Below, in pieces: positions 8,956 to 18,818 of a stretch of 64,000 bases of DNA (within the stretch, counting starts at the first letter, position 1; every line of letters starts with the position of its first letter). The stretch comes from an uncultured Mollicutes bacterium. GTDB taxonomy: Bacteria > Bacillota_I > Bacilli_A > RFN20 > CAG-826. The notes beneath the pieces are model-generated. The model was not told the DNA's origin, ran no database searches, and worked only from the letters and a program-made list of their open reading frames with translations. Location: assembly GCA_900539595.1 (NCBI GenBank), contig UQCQ01000001.1:251284-315283 (forward strand), read 5' to 3'. The position numbers were made by a program, and so were the translations under genes.

Positions 8956-10083
8956 TTGTGGCATAATGGTGCTGTGAAGGTTTTTTGGCTTTTCAATCAT
9001 CCCGCGCCTTATAAAGTCGATTTTTTTAATGCGCTCGGGCAATATTGCGACCTCGATGTTCTTTTTGAACGTAGCAGCGAAAAAGGAAGAAACTCCATCT
9101 TTTATAGCGAAAAGCCCCTTCGCTTCACCGCTCACGTCGCCCATTCCATTTATTTAGGAGGAGTCGATAATTACACGACCGCTCCCATTTCGTATTTAAA
9201 GAAAAATCGCTACGACATCATCGTCCTGAATGGATGGCGAACCCTTACGGAACAAAAAACGATTCGTTATTGTCAAAAGAAGGGGATCCCCTACCTGTTT
9301 TACATCAACGGCGGCATCTTAAACGAGAACGAGCCTCGGTGGCTTAAGAAGCTCAAAACCCGTTGCATCTCCGGGGCAACCGCATACCTTTGTCCGGACA
9401 AGACCAGTGCCAAATATCTTCGTTATTATGGGGCAGATCCCAACGCGATAACCATTTATCCCTATTCTTCCATTTTCCAGCGTCAGGTTCTTCCCCACGT
9501 TTTGAGCAAGGAAGAAAAAGAAGAAATTCGCAAAGAATTGGGACTAGAAGGCAGGCACATCTACATCAGTTCTGGCCAATTCATCGAAAGGAAGAATTTC
9601 GAAGAATTAATCCGTCTGTGGGCCAAAATGCCTCAAGAAGACACCCTTTATATCACGGGAGAAGGCCCATTAAGAAAAAAATACGAACGGATGAGAAAAC
9701 AAATTGGAGAAAAGAATTTCCATTTGCTCCCCTATCAGCCACACAGCAAGTTGTTCCGCCTTTTCCAAGCCTGTGACGGTTTTGTTTTTCTGTCCAAATA
9801 CGATATCTACGGGCACGTCATCAACGAAGCCTTGTCTCAAGGGCTGCCCGTAGTCGCAGGAGATAATATCAACGCCGCCAAGCACCTGATTGAAAACGGA
9901 AAGAATGGATACGTATTGCCTCTAAGCGACCGAGAAGGGATCTTAAACGCCATGCAGGAGATTCTCAAACCTTCCTTTGCCGAAGAAGCCTTGAAAACAG
10001 CCAGCGTCAACACGATCGATAAGTCCGCGGAATTCCATTTTCATTATCTCGAGCAATATCTCAAGGAGCACCCGCTTCCATGA
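8956..10083 (+). CDS. Glycosyltransferase family 4 (group 1).
   Basis: The C-terminal GT4 motif is FVFLSKYDIYGHVINEALSQGLPVVAGDNINAAKHLIENGKNGYVLP. TTG start (in-frame GTG at 8977). Confidence 0.75.
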   Translation: MWHNGAVKVFWLFNHPAPYKVDFFNALGQYCDLDVLFERSSEKGRNSIFYSEKPLRFTAHVAHSIYLGGVDNYTTAPISYLKKNRYDIIVLNGWRTLTEQKTIRYCQKKGIPYLFYINGGILNENEPRWLKKLKTRCISGATAYLCPDKTSAKYLRYYGADPNAITIYPYSSIFQRQVLPHVLSKEEKEEIRKELGLEGRHIYISSGQFIERKNFEELIRLWAKMPQEDTLYITGEGPLRKKYERMRKQIGEKNFHLLPYQPHSKLFRLFQACDGFVFLSKYDIYGHVINEALSQGLPVVAGDNINAAKHLIENGKNGYVLPLSDREGILNAMQEILKPSFAEEALKTASVNTIDKSAEFHFHYLEQYLKEHPLP

Positions 10084-11231
10084 ATATCGCCTATTTAACC
10101 ACATCCTTGCCCGATGACGTTTTTAACTTACTCGTCTCCGCAAGCCCTATTAAGCCCAATCCCGCGGGGCAAAATTTTCATGCTAAAGCCATTCGTTCCT
10201 TGGCTCTTGCGGGTGCCCATATCGATGTTTATTCGATGATCCCCATCCCGGGATATGTAGAATCCAATGAGATTGTTTTTTCGGAAAATCTCACTTATCA
10301 CCTCATGAATCGATACACGTCCCGCCTGAAAAACAAAATATCCCTCGTTTCGCACATCGTAAAAGCCATTGAATCCACGTGGGATAAAATCCCCGACATC
10401 CTCCTTTATGATTCCTTGAACCTCACTTTGTCCACGGTAGCCATGCGCCTAAAAAAAGCCCATAAGCTTCCTGTTGTTGCTTTCTTAACGGATGATCCCG
10501 TTAATTTATCCAGCACATCGGATTTCTATCAAAAACAGGTGATTAAGGTCTCGCAGAATGCCGATGGCTATATCGCCTTGACCGAAGGGCTTGTTCGCCG
10601 TTTTCATTCAAGCGAAATCCCATCCCTTCGTCTCTTGGGGTTTGTCGATTCCGTAAAACGATATAATCGCCCCGTATCCCAACCTTACGACTATTATGGC
10701 GGGGCCCTATTTGAAAAGGACATTTCAATGGCTTTACTTTACGCCTATTCCAAAGCCAAACCCCGCACCGAGCTTTTCATCGCCGGGCACGGCCCCTTGG
10801 ATACGACGATCAAAACGTTCGCACGATCGAATCCTCGAATTCATTTTTTGGGTCAGATCCCCAAAGAAACCCATTATGCCTATGTGCAGAACGCGAATAT
10901 CACCTGGAATCCGCGTACTTATCGGAAAAGTTTAGATGAGGTCTCCGTCCCTTCCAAAGTTTTGGAATATCTTGCTTATTCCCCTTGCATCGTCTCTTCC
11001 TATAGTCAAAGTATCGACGAAGAATTTCATTCCAACATCAACTGGCTAAGCAAAAAAGAACTAACGGGGTCCCCCAATATCGAGGAATTCTTTAAAAATC
11101 ACTTAAGCGAGCAAGGGGATTGGAAAGACTTAATTCCCAACCAGGCTCAGGAAAAAATCCTCCGCGAACTTGGCCCGCTTTGTAGCGGCGAAAAGATGCT
11201 TGCTTTCCTTCAAGGACTTTTAAGTCGGTAA
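10080..11231 (+). CDS. Putative glycosyltransferase (GT4-like, divergent).
   Basis: 4-nt ATGA overlap with the upstream GT4 gene. The C-terminal region (PSKVLEYLAYSPCIVSS) resembles the GT4 EX7E region. Weak overall. Confidence 0.5.
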   Translation: MNIAYLTTSLPDDVFNLLVSASPIKPNPAGQNFHAKAIRSLALAGAHIDVYSMIPIPGYVESNEIVFSENLTYHLMNRYTSRLKNKISLVSHIVKAIESTWDKIPDILLYDSLNLTLSTVAMRLKKAHKLPVVAFLTDDPVNLSSTSDFYQKQVIKVSQNADGYIALTEGLVRRFHSSEIPSLRLLGFVDSVKRYNRPVSQPYDYYGGALFEKDISMALLYAYSKAKPRTELFIAGHGPLDTTIKTFARSNPRIHFLGQIPKETHYAYVQNANITWNPRTYRKSLDEVSVPSKVLEYLAYSPCIVSSYSQSIDEEFHSNINWLSKKELTGSPNIEEFFKNHLSEQGDWKDLIPNQAQEKILRELGPLCSGEKMLAFLQGLLSR

Positions 11232-11236
11232 TCACT

Positions 11237-12811
11237 ATGGCAACGAGCATCGCAAAGAAAACCGCGCCTTCTAACGTCCGCGCTAACGTCGTCATTAATT
11301 TAATTCGCACCTTGACGATGACGATTCTGTCGTTCATCACTTTCCCTTATGTCACCCGTGCATTGGGCGATCAAGTTTTTGGTCTTTATACCTGGGCAAA
11401 TACCTTTGTTTACTACTTCTTGATTTTGGCCAAAATCTCCATCCCCAATGTCGCGATCCGCGAATGTTCGAAAGTTCGAGACGACCCCGAGAAATTCTCT
11501 CACTTAGCTCAACAGTTCTTTTTGTTGCAAGGCATCACCACTCTCATCAGTTTTATCTTCATGACAAGCTTGGTTTTTTCCGTCCCTTCTTTGTCGGAAA
11601 ATAGCGGGCTCATTTTCCTCTTATCCCTTAATTTCCTTACCGGCGTTTTCTCCTTTGAATGGATTTATATCGCCTTGGAAAAACATTTCTACATCACAGT
11701 CCGTTCCATCACCCTTTTAGCCTTGGGCGCTTTGATGACTTTTGTTTTCATCAAAGCAGGGGCCTCCTACCCCGATTCGGAAGGGGGGCAGGTGAATCTT
11801 GCAATGAACGAGGTTCATATCTACGCCTTAATCACGGTCTCCACCACGATATTCACTTCCTTAGTTAATGTCTTGGTTTTGCCTCGATACGTCTCTTTTA
11901 AGAAGACGGCCCCTTATTCCTTCAAAGGTTTTGTGAAGCCATTATTAGTCCTCTTTGCAGTATCCGCCGCTCTCACTTTGTACAATCAAACCGATGAATT
12001 CATTCTCGGATTTTTAGATCCAAGCAAAGCTTCCGTCGGAGCTTATTCTGTCGGAGTGAAGGGGGTAGATATCGTTATCACGTTAATCACCTCCCTGTAC
12101 GCCGTTTTCATGCCGCGGGCCTCCTACTATTACGAAAAAGAGAACAAGGTCTTCTATCAAAACCTCATCGTCTATTCCTTCAATATCACCTTCTTTATCG
12201 CCATTCCCGCGATTGCAACCATGACGACGCTTTCGGGGCCCATCACCTCGCTAATTTCCGGCTCATCCGCTTCCGGCCAATATCAAGACGGAGCTTGGGT
12301 TTTAGTCGCCTTGTCTTGTATGATGCTTACCTATTCCATCGGAGATAACATCTACACGGAAATCTTTATCCCCGCCAAGCAAGAAGGCAAATACCTTTAT
12401 GCGATGCTAATTGGCGTCGTTCTCAATATCGGGCTTTCCTTCCTCTTTGCCTATTTTGTTTTCCCCATCCATCCTGCAATTGGGGTGGCCATCGCTACAG
12501 GGGGGACGGATATTCTGCTTTTGGCCTACCTCATTCGTTCCAGTTGGAAATGGAGCAAAAAAGCAATCTTCAATTGGAACAATCTGAAGATTTGTAGCCT
12601 TGGGGTCATGATTGCCGTCTTCACGTTGCTGTTAAAACCTGTTTTAGCCAAGGCCCTTCCTTTTTCTAGCGGTACCTGGCAGCATGAATTATCCTTGCTT
12701 TTAAGCCTTGTTGGCATGGACGCCGTCATTTATATCGGCGGACTCGTTTTATGCAAAGAACGCTTGGTTTGCAGCGTTTTCCGGAAAAAGAAAGAAGAGA
12801 ATCATGAGTAA
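11237..12811 (+). CDS. wzx: Oligosaccharide flippase (Wzx/MOP superfamily polysaccharide biosynthesis protein).
   Basis: 524 aa with about 12-14 TM helices and an N-terminus typical of PST-family flippases (NVVINLIRTLTMTILSFITFPYVTRALG). Confidence 0.75.
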   Translation: MATSIAKKTAPSNVRANVVINLIRTLTMTILSFITFPYVTRALGDQVFGLYTWANTFVYYFLILAKISIPNVAIRECSKVRDDPEKFSHLAQQFFLLQGITTLISFIFMTSLVFSVPSLSENSGLIFLLSLNFLTGVFSFEWIYIALEKHFYITVRSITLLALGALMTFVFIKAGASYPDSEGGQVNLAMNEVHIYALITVSTTIFTSLVNVLVLPRYVSFKKTAPYSFKGFVKPLLVLFAVSAALTLYNQTDEFILGFLDPSKASVGAYSVGVKGVDIVITLITSLYAVFMPRASYYYEKENKVFYQNLIVYSFNITFFIAIPAIATMTTLSGPITSLISGSSASGQYQDGAWVLVALSCMMLTYSIGDNIYTEIFIPAKQEGKYLYAMLIGVVLNIGLSFLFAYFVFPIHPAIGVAIATGGTDILLLAYLIRSSWKWSKKAIFNWNNLKICSLGVMIAVFTLLLKPVLAKALPFSSGTWQHELSLLLSLVGMDAVIYIGGLVLCKERLVCSVFRKKKEENHE

Positions 12812-13712
12812 TCCCAATCTACATGAAAACAAATTCAAGCGGGCGATCGCCGTCTCTTTGCGCGGTTTGATTAAAGTCATCAGCCCCACCTCTTACGTCA
12901 AATTGCAGTATCGTTACATCACTCACCATAAATGCAATCTCAAAAACCCGAAACGTTACACGGAGAAATTGCAGTACTTACGCCTATACGTCTATCCAAA
13001 ATGGAAGGAAGTATCCGAATGCGCAGACCGCGTCGCCGTGCGGAACTACGTGGCTAAAAAGGGATTCAAGGATATCTTGATCCCTAGTTTTGGCTCTTAT
13101 GCGCATTTTGACGACATCCCCTTTGACACCTTGCCAAATTCCTTTGTTTTAAAGTGCTCCCATGCTTCGGGTTTCAACATCATCGTCCGCGACAAATCGC
13201 AGCTTAACAAAGAAGAGGCCCGAAAGAAAATGGAAAAATGGCTATCGACGGACTACGGCAAGAAAACCGTGGAACGCCACTATAGCTCCATCCCTCCCCG
13301 CATCCTTGTAGAAGGGTTTATCGGAGACGAAGAACATCTCCCCACCGAATATAAAATCCACGTTTATAACGGCAAGGCCAAAAACCTCTATGTCGTCACA
13401 GGAAGAGGTGAAGATATTCGTTATACTGAACTCTATACGGACTGGACTCCCTTTGATGGCAGCCAGTTTAACGGATGGAAAAAAGCGGATGTTTGCCCCC
13501 CTAGGCCAGATAATTTCGATGAAATGATTCGTATCGCAGAGGCATTATGTGCCCCTTTCCCCTTTGTCCGTTGTGACCTTTATTCCGTCCGTGGAAAAAT
13601 CTATTTTGGGGAAATGACCTTTACCCCTGCAAAAGGAACCTTGATTCTCGACGATGATTCTTGCGATGAACTCATCGGGGAATGGCTGGATATCCGTCCT
13701 TATCAAAAATAG
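12804..13712 (+). CDS. ATP-grasp fold amidoligase (TupA-like teichuronopeptide-type).
   Basis: MSNPNLHENKFKRAIAVSLRGL... resembles the ATP-grasp_TupA family, with a C-terminal ...VRCDLYSVRGKIYFGEMTFTPAKG region. Its start overlaps the wzx stop. Confidence 0.6.
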   Translation: MSNPNLHENKFKRAIAVSLRGLIKVISPTSYVKLQYRYITHHKCNLKNPKRYTEKLQYLRLYVYPKWKEVSECADRVAVRNYVAKKGFKDILIPSFGSYAHFDDIPFDTLPNSFVLKCSHASGFNIIVRDKSQLNKEEARKKMEKWLSTDYGKKTVERHYSSIPPRILVEGFIGDEEHLPTEYKIHVYNGKAKNLYVVTGRGEDIRYTELYTDWTPFDGSQFNGWKKADVCPPRPDNFDEMIRIAEALCAPFPFVRCDLYSVRGKIYFGEMTFTPAKGTLILDDDSCDELIGEWLDIRPYQK

Positions 13713-13715
13713 AAA

Positions 13716-14648
13716 TTAAGCCCAAGAACTATCGGGGAAGAAGACTTCAAGCAAAGCAAGGCCAATGTGGTAGGTGCTTTCCTCGTCGAAATCCGCGCTG
13801 GCACCAAATGGATCGTCATGGAGGCGATAGCTCATCGACATACCAATCGTCCCTCTAGGATCGTAGCCAACATCATCAAAATAGAAACCAACTAACGAGG
13901 TGAATTCGCTGGAATAGTTCGCCTGCAATTTCACTTCCGGCAAAAAGAAGCCTGAGGATTCGATCGTTTTTCCATCGGCCATATATTTGTAGAAGCTAAC
14001 ATAGATATCAAAACTGACGACACGCCCGCCCATTTCCCCCAAGGTGTCGCTTGCTCCGCGAGCAGAAAAGGCAAAATAAGACCCTCCTTGCATCGTCACG
14101 GGGAAGCGGGTTCCGTATCCGCTTTGGTCTAACAAAACAAGGGAGTAGGAACTCCAGGCATTGCATTTAATCTGGCCGTTATAGAGTTTAGAAAGATAGC
14201 CTTTGGAAAAAGCAGAATGATAACGCGTTAATTTCTTGGTTTGACCGTAAACCTTGCCAATTAAAGAGGAATTATCCACCCATTGACCAACCGGTCCCGG
14301 GACTATGTCTTCCCCAAAAGGCGTCTCATCTCCCTTTAACGTCCACGTTAAATCAGTATCCCCGTCTTTAAATCCTTCCGGATGCCATTTCTTGGCCTGC
14401 CGAAGCCCAAAGCAGTCACGAGGCTCCTCGTAATTCCCCGAGCCATTGAAATAGCCGTCTTGGCCATGGGAAACGGTTTTAAAAGTCGAGTGGTCCTTTT
14501 CCTGAATGCCCGCATCCCACTTGTTATAACGGTTCTCCGTCATAACCGGTTGGATATAGGCGTCCCCCGGATAAAGTTCGGAAGTGTCCGCGCAGGAACA
14601 TAAAGCCACGATGGCAACGCCTGCTAGTAAGAAATGGAATTTACGCAT
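13716..14648 (-). CDS. Lipoprotein of unknown function.
   Basis: Signal peptide MRKFHFLLAGVAIVALCSCADTS with a lipobox Cys. A GGAGG RBS lies 8 nt upstream. No known domain. Translationally coupled to the upstream Wzy-like gene. Confidence 0.6.
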   Translation of the reverse strand: MRKFHFLLAGVAIVALCSCADTSELYPGDAYIQPVMTENRYNKWDAGIQEKDHSTFKTVSHGQDGYFNGSGNYEEPRDCFGLRQAKKWHPEGFKDGDTDLTWTLKGDETPFGEDIVPGPVGQWVDNSSLIGKVYGQTKKLTRYHSAFSKGYLSKLYNGQIKCNAWSSYSLVLLDQSGYGTRFPVTMQGGSYFAFSARGASDTLGEMGGRVVSFDIYVSFYKYMADGKTIESSGFFLPEVKLQANYSSEFTSLVGFYFDDVGYDPRGTIGMSMSYRLHDDPFGASADFDEESTYHIGLALLEVFFPDSSWA

Positions 14649-16056
14649 GGATGGTGGCCTCCTTCTTTTCGGAGAACGTGGGCGAATAGAGGTATCCGCC
14701 GATGGCAAGTAAACCAAATATCAACGGGCTTCTCGTTACAGGCACGAACCCGCTCGCGTGACGGAAGGGAAGTTCATCGCTATAGAAGGTGAGATAGATA
14801 AACGCGGCGAAAAGGATACCCATAAAGACCCCCTGTACCGCGTGGTTTTCGTTTTCTTTCCGTAATGCAAAGTAATAATGACGAATGGCAAGGAACAAAA
14901 CGACAAGGTAAGCGGCAAAACCCAAAAGCCCATTTTCATAAAGGACATTGATTTCAAAACACCTCGTCAAATGAACCCCGCTAGAAAGATCAAAGCCAAA
15001 TAGGAGGGTCTTAAAGGAAATCCCCGTCGTACCACGGTTGTAATAACCACCATAGAAAATATCTTGGATAGCCAAACGAATCCGTCCAAAGAAGGAGGTA
15101 TCGCTAGCCAGGGAAAGCGAAATCCGTGGAATTCCCGCATTCAGCAAAATATCGTTAGAAGCATCCGCGAAGAACAAAACAACCAAGGCCAGTACGCAGA
15201 CCATCAGGAAAATCCAAATACCAAGGGCAACCGCATTGGCTGCTTTTCCTTTCCAAAGCATAAACAAACGGACCATGCCCATGGCAAAATAGACGAGGAA
15301 CAAAAGGATGAGGACCCTCTTTAAGGGGATAAAAGCTAAATCCAGAACGCCAACAAGGGCAAAACCCGCAAGGATTAAGAAATTCCGAAGGTTCTTTTTG
15401 GGATTCATCCAAAATAAACCAATCCCCGATGCCCCAAGCAAAAATGCCGAGGTCTTTCCATAAGCCATGGAGCATTCTACCAGCGAAAATCCGTTGAGGG
15501 TCTTGGTTTCGCTAGCAATGGGGAAAACAACTCCATCAAAATAATAAACTTGCCCTGAATAACGTTTCGCATAGAAAAACCCATAACGGCTTAATCCGTA
15601 AACGCCACTAATTAAGGTGAGGAGAGCAAGGCCACATAGCACGCCAAAGACAACATATTCCCCTTTCAGCGAAGGGATATTTTTCAAACAGAAGCCAAGG
15701 AGAAAAAAGCCAACAAATCCAATGATTTGAAGGAGATTTTGCAAGATTGCCAAAACAACATTGCCAGAATAATAACGGAGCCAGAAAGACGAAAAGCCAA
15801 GCAGCAAAGCCAAAACCCCAACCGGAATCAAACGGATCAAAATCTTTTTTTGCTGTTGCTTGGAATAGGCTTTTTGAACGAAGGGGAATGCCATCACGGC
15901 GATGAGAGCTCCAAAAATCCGAAGAACGGATATCCCCGTCAATCCTGCGAAGCCAAAGAACACAAGCGCAATGATTTCAATCCCCAAAAAGGAAAGAACC
16001 GTATCGTAACGTTGGAGGAAACTATCGTTTTCCTCAATTGTTTTTTCTTTTTCCAT
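14641..16056 (-). CDS. O-antigen ligase/polymerase-like polytopic membrane protein (Wzy/WaaL family). The alternative start at 16074 is the start of the track ORF.
   Basis: About 12 TM helices with a large periplasmic loop near the C-terminal third, typical of the O-antigen ligase family. Sits in the glycan cluster. Confidence 0.6.
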   Translation of the reverse strand: MEKEKTIEENDSFLQRYDTVLSFLGIEIIALVFFGFAGLTGISVLRIFGALIAVMAFPFVQKAYSKQQQKKILIRLIPVGVLALLLGFSSFWLRYYSGNVVLAILQNLLQIIGFVGFFLLGFCLKNIPSLKGEYVVFGVLCGLALLTLISGVYGLSRYGFFYAKRYSGQVYYFDGVVFPIASETKTLNGFSLVECSMAYGKTSAFLLGASGIGLFWMNPKKNLRNFLILAGFALVGVLDLAFIPLKRVLILLFLVYFAMGMVRLFMLWKGKAANAVALGIWIFLMVCVLALVVLFFADASNDILLNAGIPRISLSLASDTSFFGRIRLAIQDIFYGGYYNRGTTGISFKTLLFGFDLSSGVHLTRCFEINVLYENGLLGFAAYLVVLFLAIRHYYFALRKENENHAVQGVFMGILFAAFIYLTFYSDELPFRHASGFVPVTRSPLIFGLLAIGGYLYSPTFSEKKEATIHA

Positions 16057-16057
16057 A

Positions 16058-16999
16058 TTACCAGTATGCACCATTTTCCACTTTCTTAAAACCTTCCACC
16101 TTTTTGGTGGGGTGAATCCAATTTTCGTTCACATATTGGGAAACGTGGCTTCGATTTTCCCATCTTCTACCCATAATTCCAAACAAGGTGGAGGTGGCTC
16201 CTCCTGTTTGAATCCCTTGCTTCCCAAGCGACTTGGCATAAAGGGCTAAGAAGCTGCCATACGCCCCTGCCCCAACAAGCAAAACATCAAAATCCGTTTC
16301 CTTCATTTGGGCTTCCATTTTTTCTAGTTCATCGAAAAAGGAGGGGGACGTGGGTGTAGCATCCGCGAATGTAAGGGGGGCTTCAATCACTTGCAAGTCC
16401 ATCTCTGGGAGGATATCGCTACCTTTTGGGAAAAGGCTTTGTCTCTTCTGGTATTGCGACAGGATATCTTCTTTAAAAGGGCTGATGACAAGAACTTTCT
16501 TTCCTTTTAAATGAGTCGTCCAATCTCCGTGCAGCGGCTCCATCCCTTCATAAAGAATCGGGAAGGATTTCGGGCAATAATATCTGGCAAAATAGTCTTC
16601 CATGTGAAGTCCAGAAATCCCTAGAAAGTCCACTTCCTGAAGCAAAGGGAACAAAACATCGCCATATCGCTTTAACGATTCTTCATCCGTTGGAAAATAG
16701 CCCGCGTTGTTTTTAATCGAATAACGGACGGATTCTTTGTATTTCTTCTTCCACCCCAATTTGATTTTCTCATGATTGTTCAAGCAGGATAGTTCCACCG
16801 CCCCAAAACGGATAGCGGAGAAGGGTTTAGAAGAATCCAAAGCGTCTTTTAACGTTTGGTTCGTCGATTCTAAACCTAATGCCTTGCCACGAAAGTGTTT
16901 CGTAGAAGGTTTGATATGGAAAAGTCGATACCCCAAAACCTTGGGGGTATTCTTCAAAAAATACAGTACATAGCTAAACCGTCTTTTCCAAAGTTTCAC
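16058..16999 (-). CDS. Putative glycosyltransferase-like protein (possibly GT-D/DUF1792-like). GTG start.
   Basis: 313 aa soluble protein with a Rossmann-like segment DFDVLLVGAGAYGSFLALYAKSLGKQGIQTGG. Assigned by context within the glycan locus; the family call is tentative. Confidence 0.4.
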   Translation of the reverse strand: MKLWKRRFSYVLYFLKNTPKVLGYRLFHIKPSTKHFRGKALGLESTNQTLKDALDSSKPFSAIRFGAVELSCLNNHEKIKLGWKKKYKESVRYSIKNNAGYFPTDEESLKRYGDVLFPLLQEVDFLGISGLHMEDYFARYYCPKSFPILYEGMEPLHGDWTTHLKGKKVLVISPFKEDILSQYQKRQSLFPKGSDILPEMDLQVIEAPLTFADATPTSPSFFDELEKMEAQMKETDFDVLLVGAGAYGSFLALYAKSLGKQGIQTGGATSTLFGIMGRRWENRSHVSQYVNENWIHPTKKVEGFKKVENGAYW

Positions 17000-17058
17000 G
17001 AGAATGATTATAGCGTAGACCCACCCTTATAAAGAAGGGTGAGCAACAAAACATTCTC

Positions 17059-17430
17059 TTATTCGCCCGAATAATTTGGGTCTTCGGAACGAAGGTGTCT
17101 TAAGAAGGCGGTTCCGATGAGTCCAAAAACCATCAAAATAGCGAAAACAAAAGCCACGGCAAAGCCAATCCACATGGCCACAAAAGAAGTCTGAGCCAGC
17201 GTGCCTTGGGAGTAAAGGATCCAAAAACATAGCCCCGCGGCAAGACCTAAAAATAACCCCGGCAAGGCAAAACGATAGCAAATCATCGTAAACCTCGTCC
17301 AGAAACGGATGGAATTTTCATGTTCCCCCTGCGGTTTCTTGGGTTTCTTTTGTTTTCTTTCGACGTCCTTCTTCTCGCTGACGACTTCAATTTCTTTGGC
17401 TTCGAATTCACTCATGAAGCCCATTATCAT
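17059..17430 (-). CDS. Small hypothetical membrane protein.
   Basis: A Lys-rich N-terminus followed by two TM helices. No SD. Confidence 0.35.
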   Translation of the reverse strand: MIMGFMSEFEAKEIEVVSEKKDVERKQKKPKKPQGEHENSIRFWTRFTMICYRFALPGLFLGLAAGLCFWILYSQGTLAQTSFVAMWIGFAVAFVFAILMVFGLIGTAFLRHLRSEDPNYSGE

Positions 17431-17542
17431 GGCCAAGCAAGAAAACTACAAGTAACTTGCGTCATCCTTCCGCGTCATAAAGAGCGCACACACCCCTTCA
17501 TCCCCCTTAAACCAAAAAAGAGGCGGGCGCCTCTTTTTCTCG

Positions 17543-18700
17543 TTAAGCTTTCTTTTGTTTGGCAAGATAAGCAGCCAAGGCTGCCTCTTGTTCATGAGCA
17601 CGTTTAAATGCCTTTTGCTGTTTTTCAATAAATTTGCGATTCTCAAAATAATCAAGACCCATAGCTCTTCTAGCGCGAAGGGCAATGGAAGCAGCTTTGG
17701 CTTCCGCTTTTTGGCTGCCTTGTTCCAAAATCGCATACACGTCCTCGATATGTTCTTCCCAATGATGGCGGCGAACACGCATGGGCTCCAAGGTGTCGTT
17801 AAGGACAGCGAGCAAGAATTTCTTCACCATGACGTCGCCGACCCCACCTTTGCAGTAAGCGGCTTCTAATTCTTCCAAAGACTTAAAGCCAATGGGGAAT
17901 TTTTCGAAGTGTTCCGGTTTGGCGAAAGCTTCCAAATAGATAAAGACGGTGTTTCCTTCTAGGTGTCCCGGGTCTTCGGGACGGAGGTGCAAAGGATCGG
18001 TATACATCGACATGACCTTCCTCTCCACGGTCTTGGCATCGTCAGAAAGATAGATGCAATTGCCTAAGCTCTTGCTCATCTTCGCCTTGCCATCGGTTCC
18101 CGGCAGGCGCATAGAGGCTTTGGTTTCCGGAAGTAAGATTTTTGCTTCTTGGAAAACCGGCTTGAAGGTCGAATTAAATTTACGGGCAATTTCATTAGCT
18201 TGCTCAATCATCGGCTCTTGATCTTCTCCCGCAGGTACCACTGTGGTCCCAAACATCAAGATATCCGCCGCCTGAGAAATCGGATAGGTCAAGAACCCAA
18301 CGGGAATCGATTCCCCGAAGGAACGCATGGAGAGCTCGCTTTTGACCGTGGGGTTACGAATTAAACGAGAATAGGTAACGAGGTCCGAGAAATAGCAGGT
18401 GAATTCATGGAGTTCGGGGACGCGAGATTGAACAAAAATCGTCACCTTTTCCGGATCGATGCCCGCGCTTAAATAATCGAGAGCAACCTCAATCAGGTTA
18501 TCACGAACTTTTTGGATGTTTCCCGCATTATCCGTTAAGGCTTGAGTATCGGCGATCATGATGTACATTTCATCAAACCCGCCTTGGTTTTGCAGTTCCA
18601 CGCGGCGGCGTAAGCTGCCCACATAATGTCCGATATGTAACCTGCCGGTTGGGCGATCTCCCGTCAACATAATCGACGGTATTTTTTTCTCTTCTTCCAT
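17543..18700 (-). CDS. trpS: Tryptophan--tRNA ligase, with a ~55 aa C-terminal helical extension.
   Basis: GRLHIGHY (HIGH) and KMSKS motifs. GAGGT RBS 6 nt upstream of ATG. Confidence 0.9.
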   Translation of the reverse strand: MEEEKKIPSIMLTGDRPTGRLHIGHYVGSLRRRVELQNQGGFDEMYIMIADTQALTDNAGNIQKVRDNLIEVALDYLSAGIDPEKVTIFVQSRVPELHEFTCYFSDLVTYSRLIRNPTVKSELSMRSFGESIPVGFLTYPISQAADILMFGTTVVPAGEDQEPMIEQANEIARKFNSTFKPVFQEAKILLPETKASMRLPGTDGKAKMSKSLGNCIYLSDDAKTVERKVMSMYTDPLHLRPEDPGHLEGNTVFIYLEAFAKPEHFEKFPIGFKSLEELEAAYCKGGVGDVMVKKFLLAVLNDTLEPMRVRRHHWEEHIEDVYAILEQGSQKAEAKAASIALRARRAMGLDYFENRKFIEKQQKAFKRAHEQEAALAAYLAKQKKA

Positions 18701-18818
18701 AAATTACCTCAGCGATGAAAAGTTTAGCACGCTTCCGCTTCTTGTGGGTGCTTATCCCTGCCTTTTTTCTTCGCCTCAAGAAAAGAAGGTGTGTAAAATA
18801 ATCCCAAAGGGAAGAATT

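Noticed and set aside
8929-9144. The N-terminal 72 codons of the 293-aa ung ORF.
   Set aside because: The extension overlaps the divergent GT4 gene and has no UNG homology. The UNG family begins at MMNEWKDLFERV.
12708-12803. A 32-codon N-terminal extension of the ATP-grasp ORF, overlapping the wzx 3' end.
   Set aside because: The ATG at 12804, overlapping the wzx stop, gives a typical coupled start. The extension has no homology.
17446-17778. 110-aa minus-strand ORF overlapping the trpS 3' end in another frame.
   Set aside because: It lies in a different frame within the trpS C-terminal extension region, and its translation is low complexity (Lys/Leu-rich).
18701-18818. Possible T-box leader upstream of trpS.
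   Set aside because: Only 118 bp separate trpS from the divergent dut start. No specifier/antiterminator architecture or T-box consensus (AATTAGGGTGGNACCGCG) is visible.
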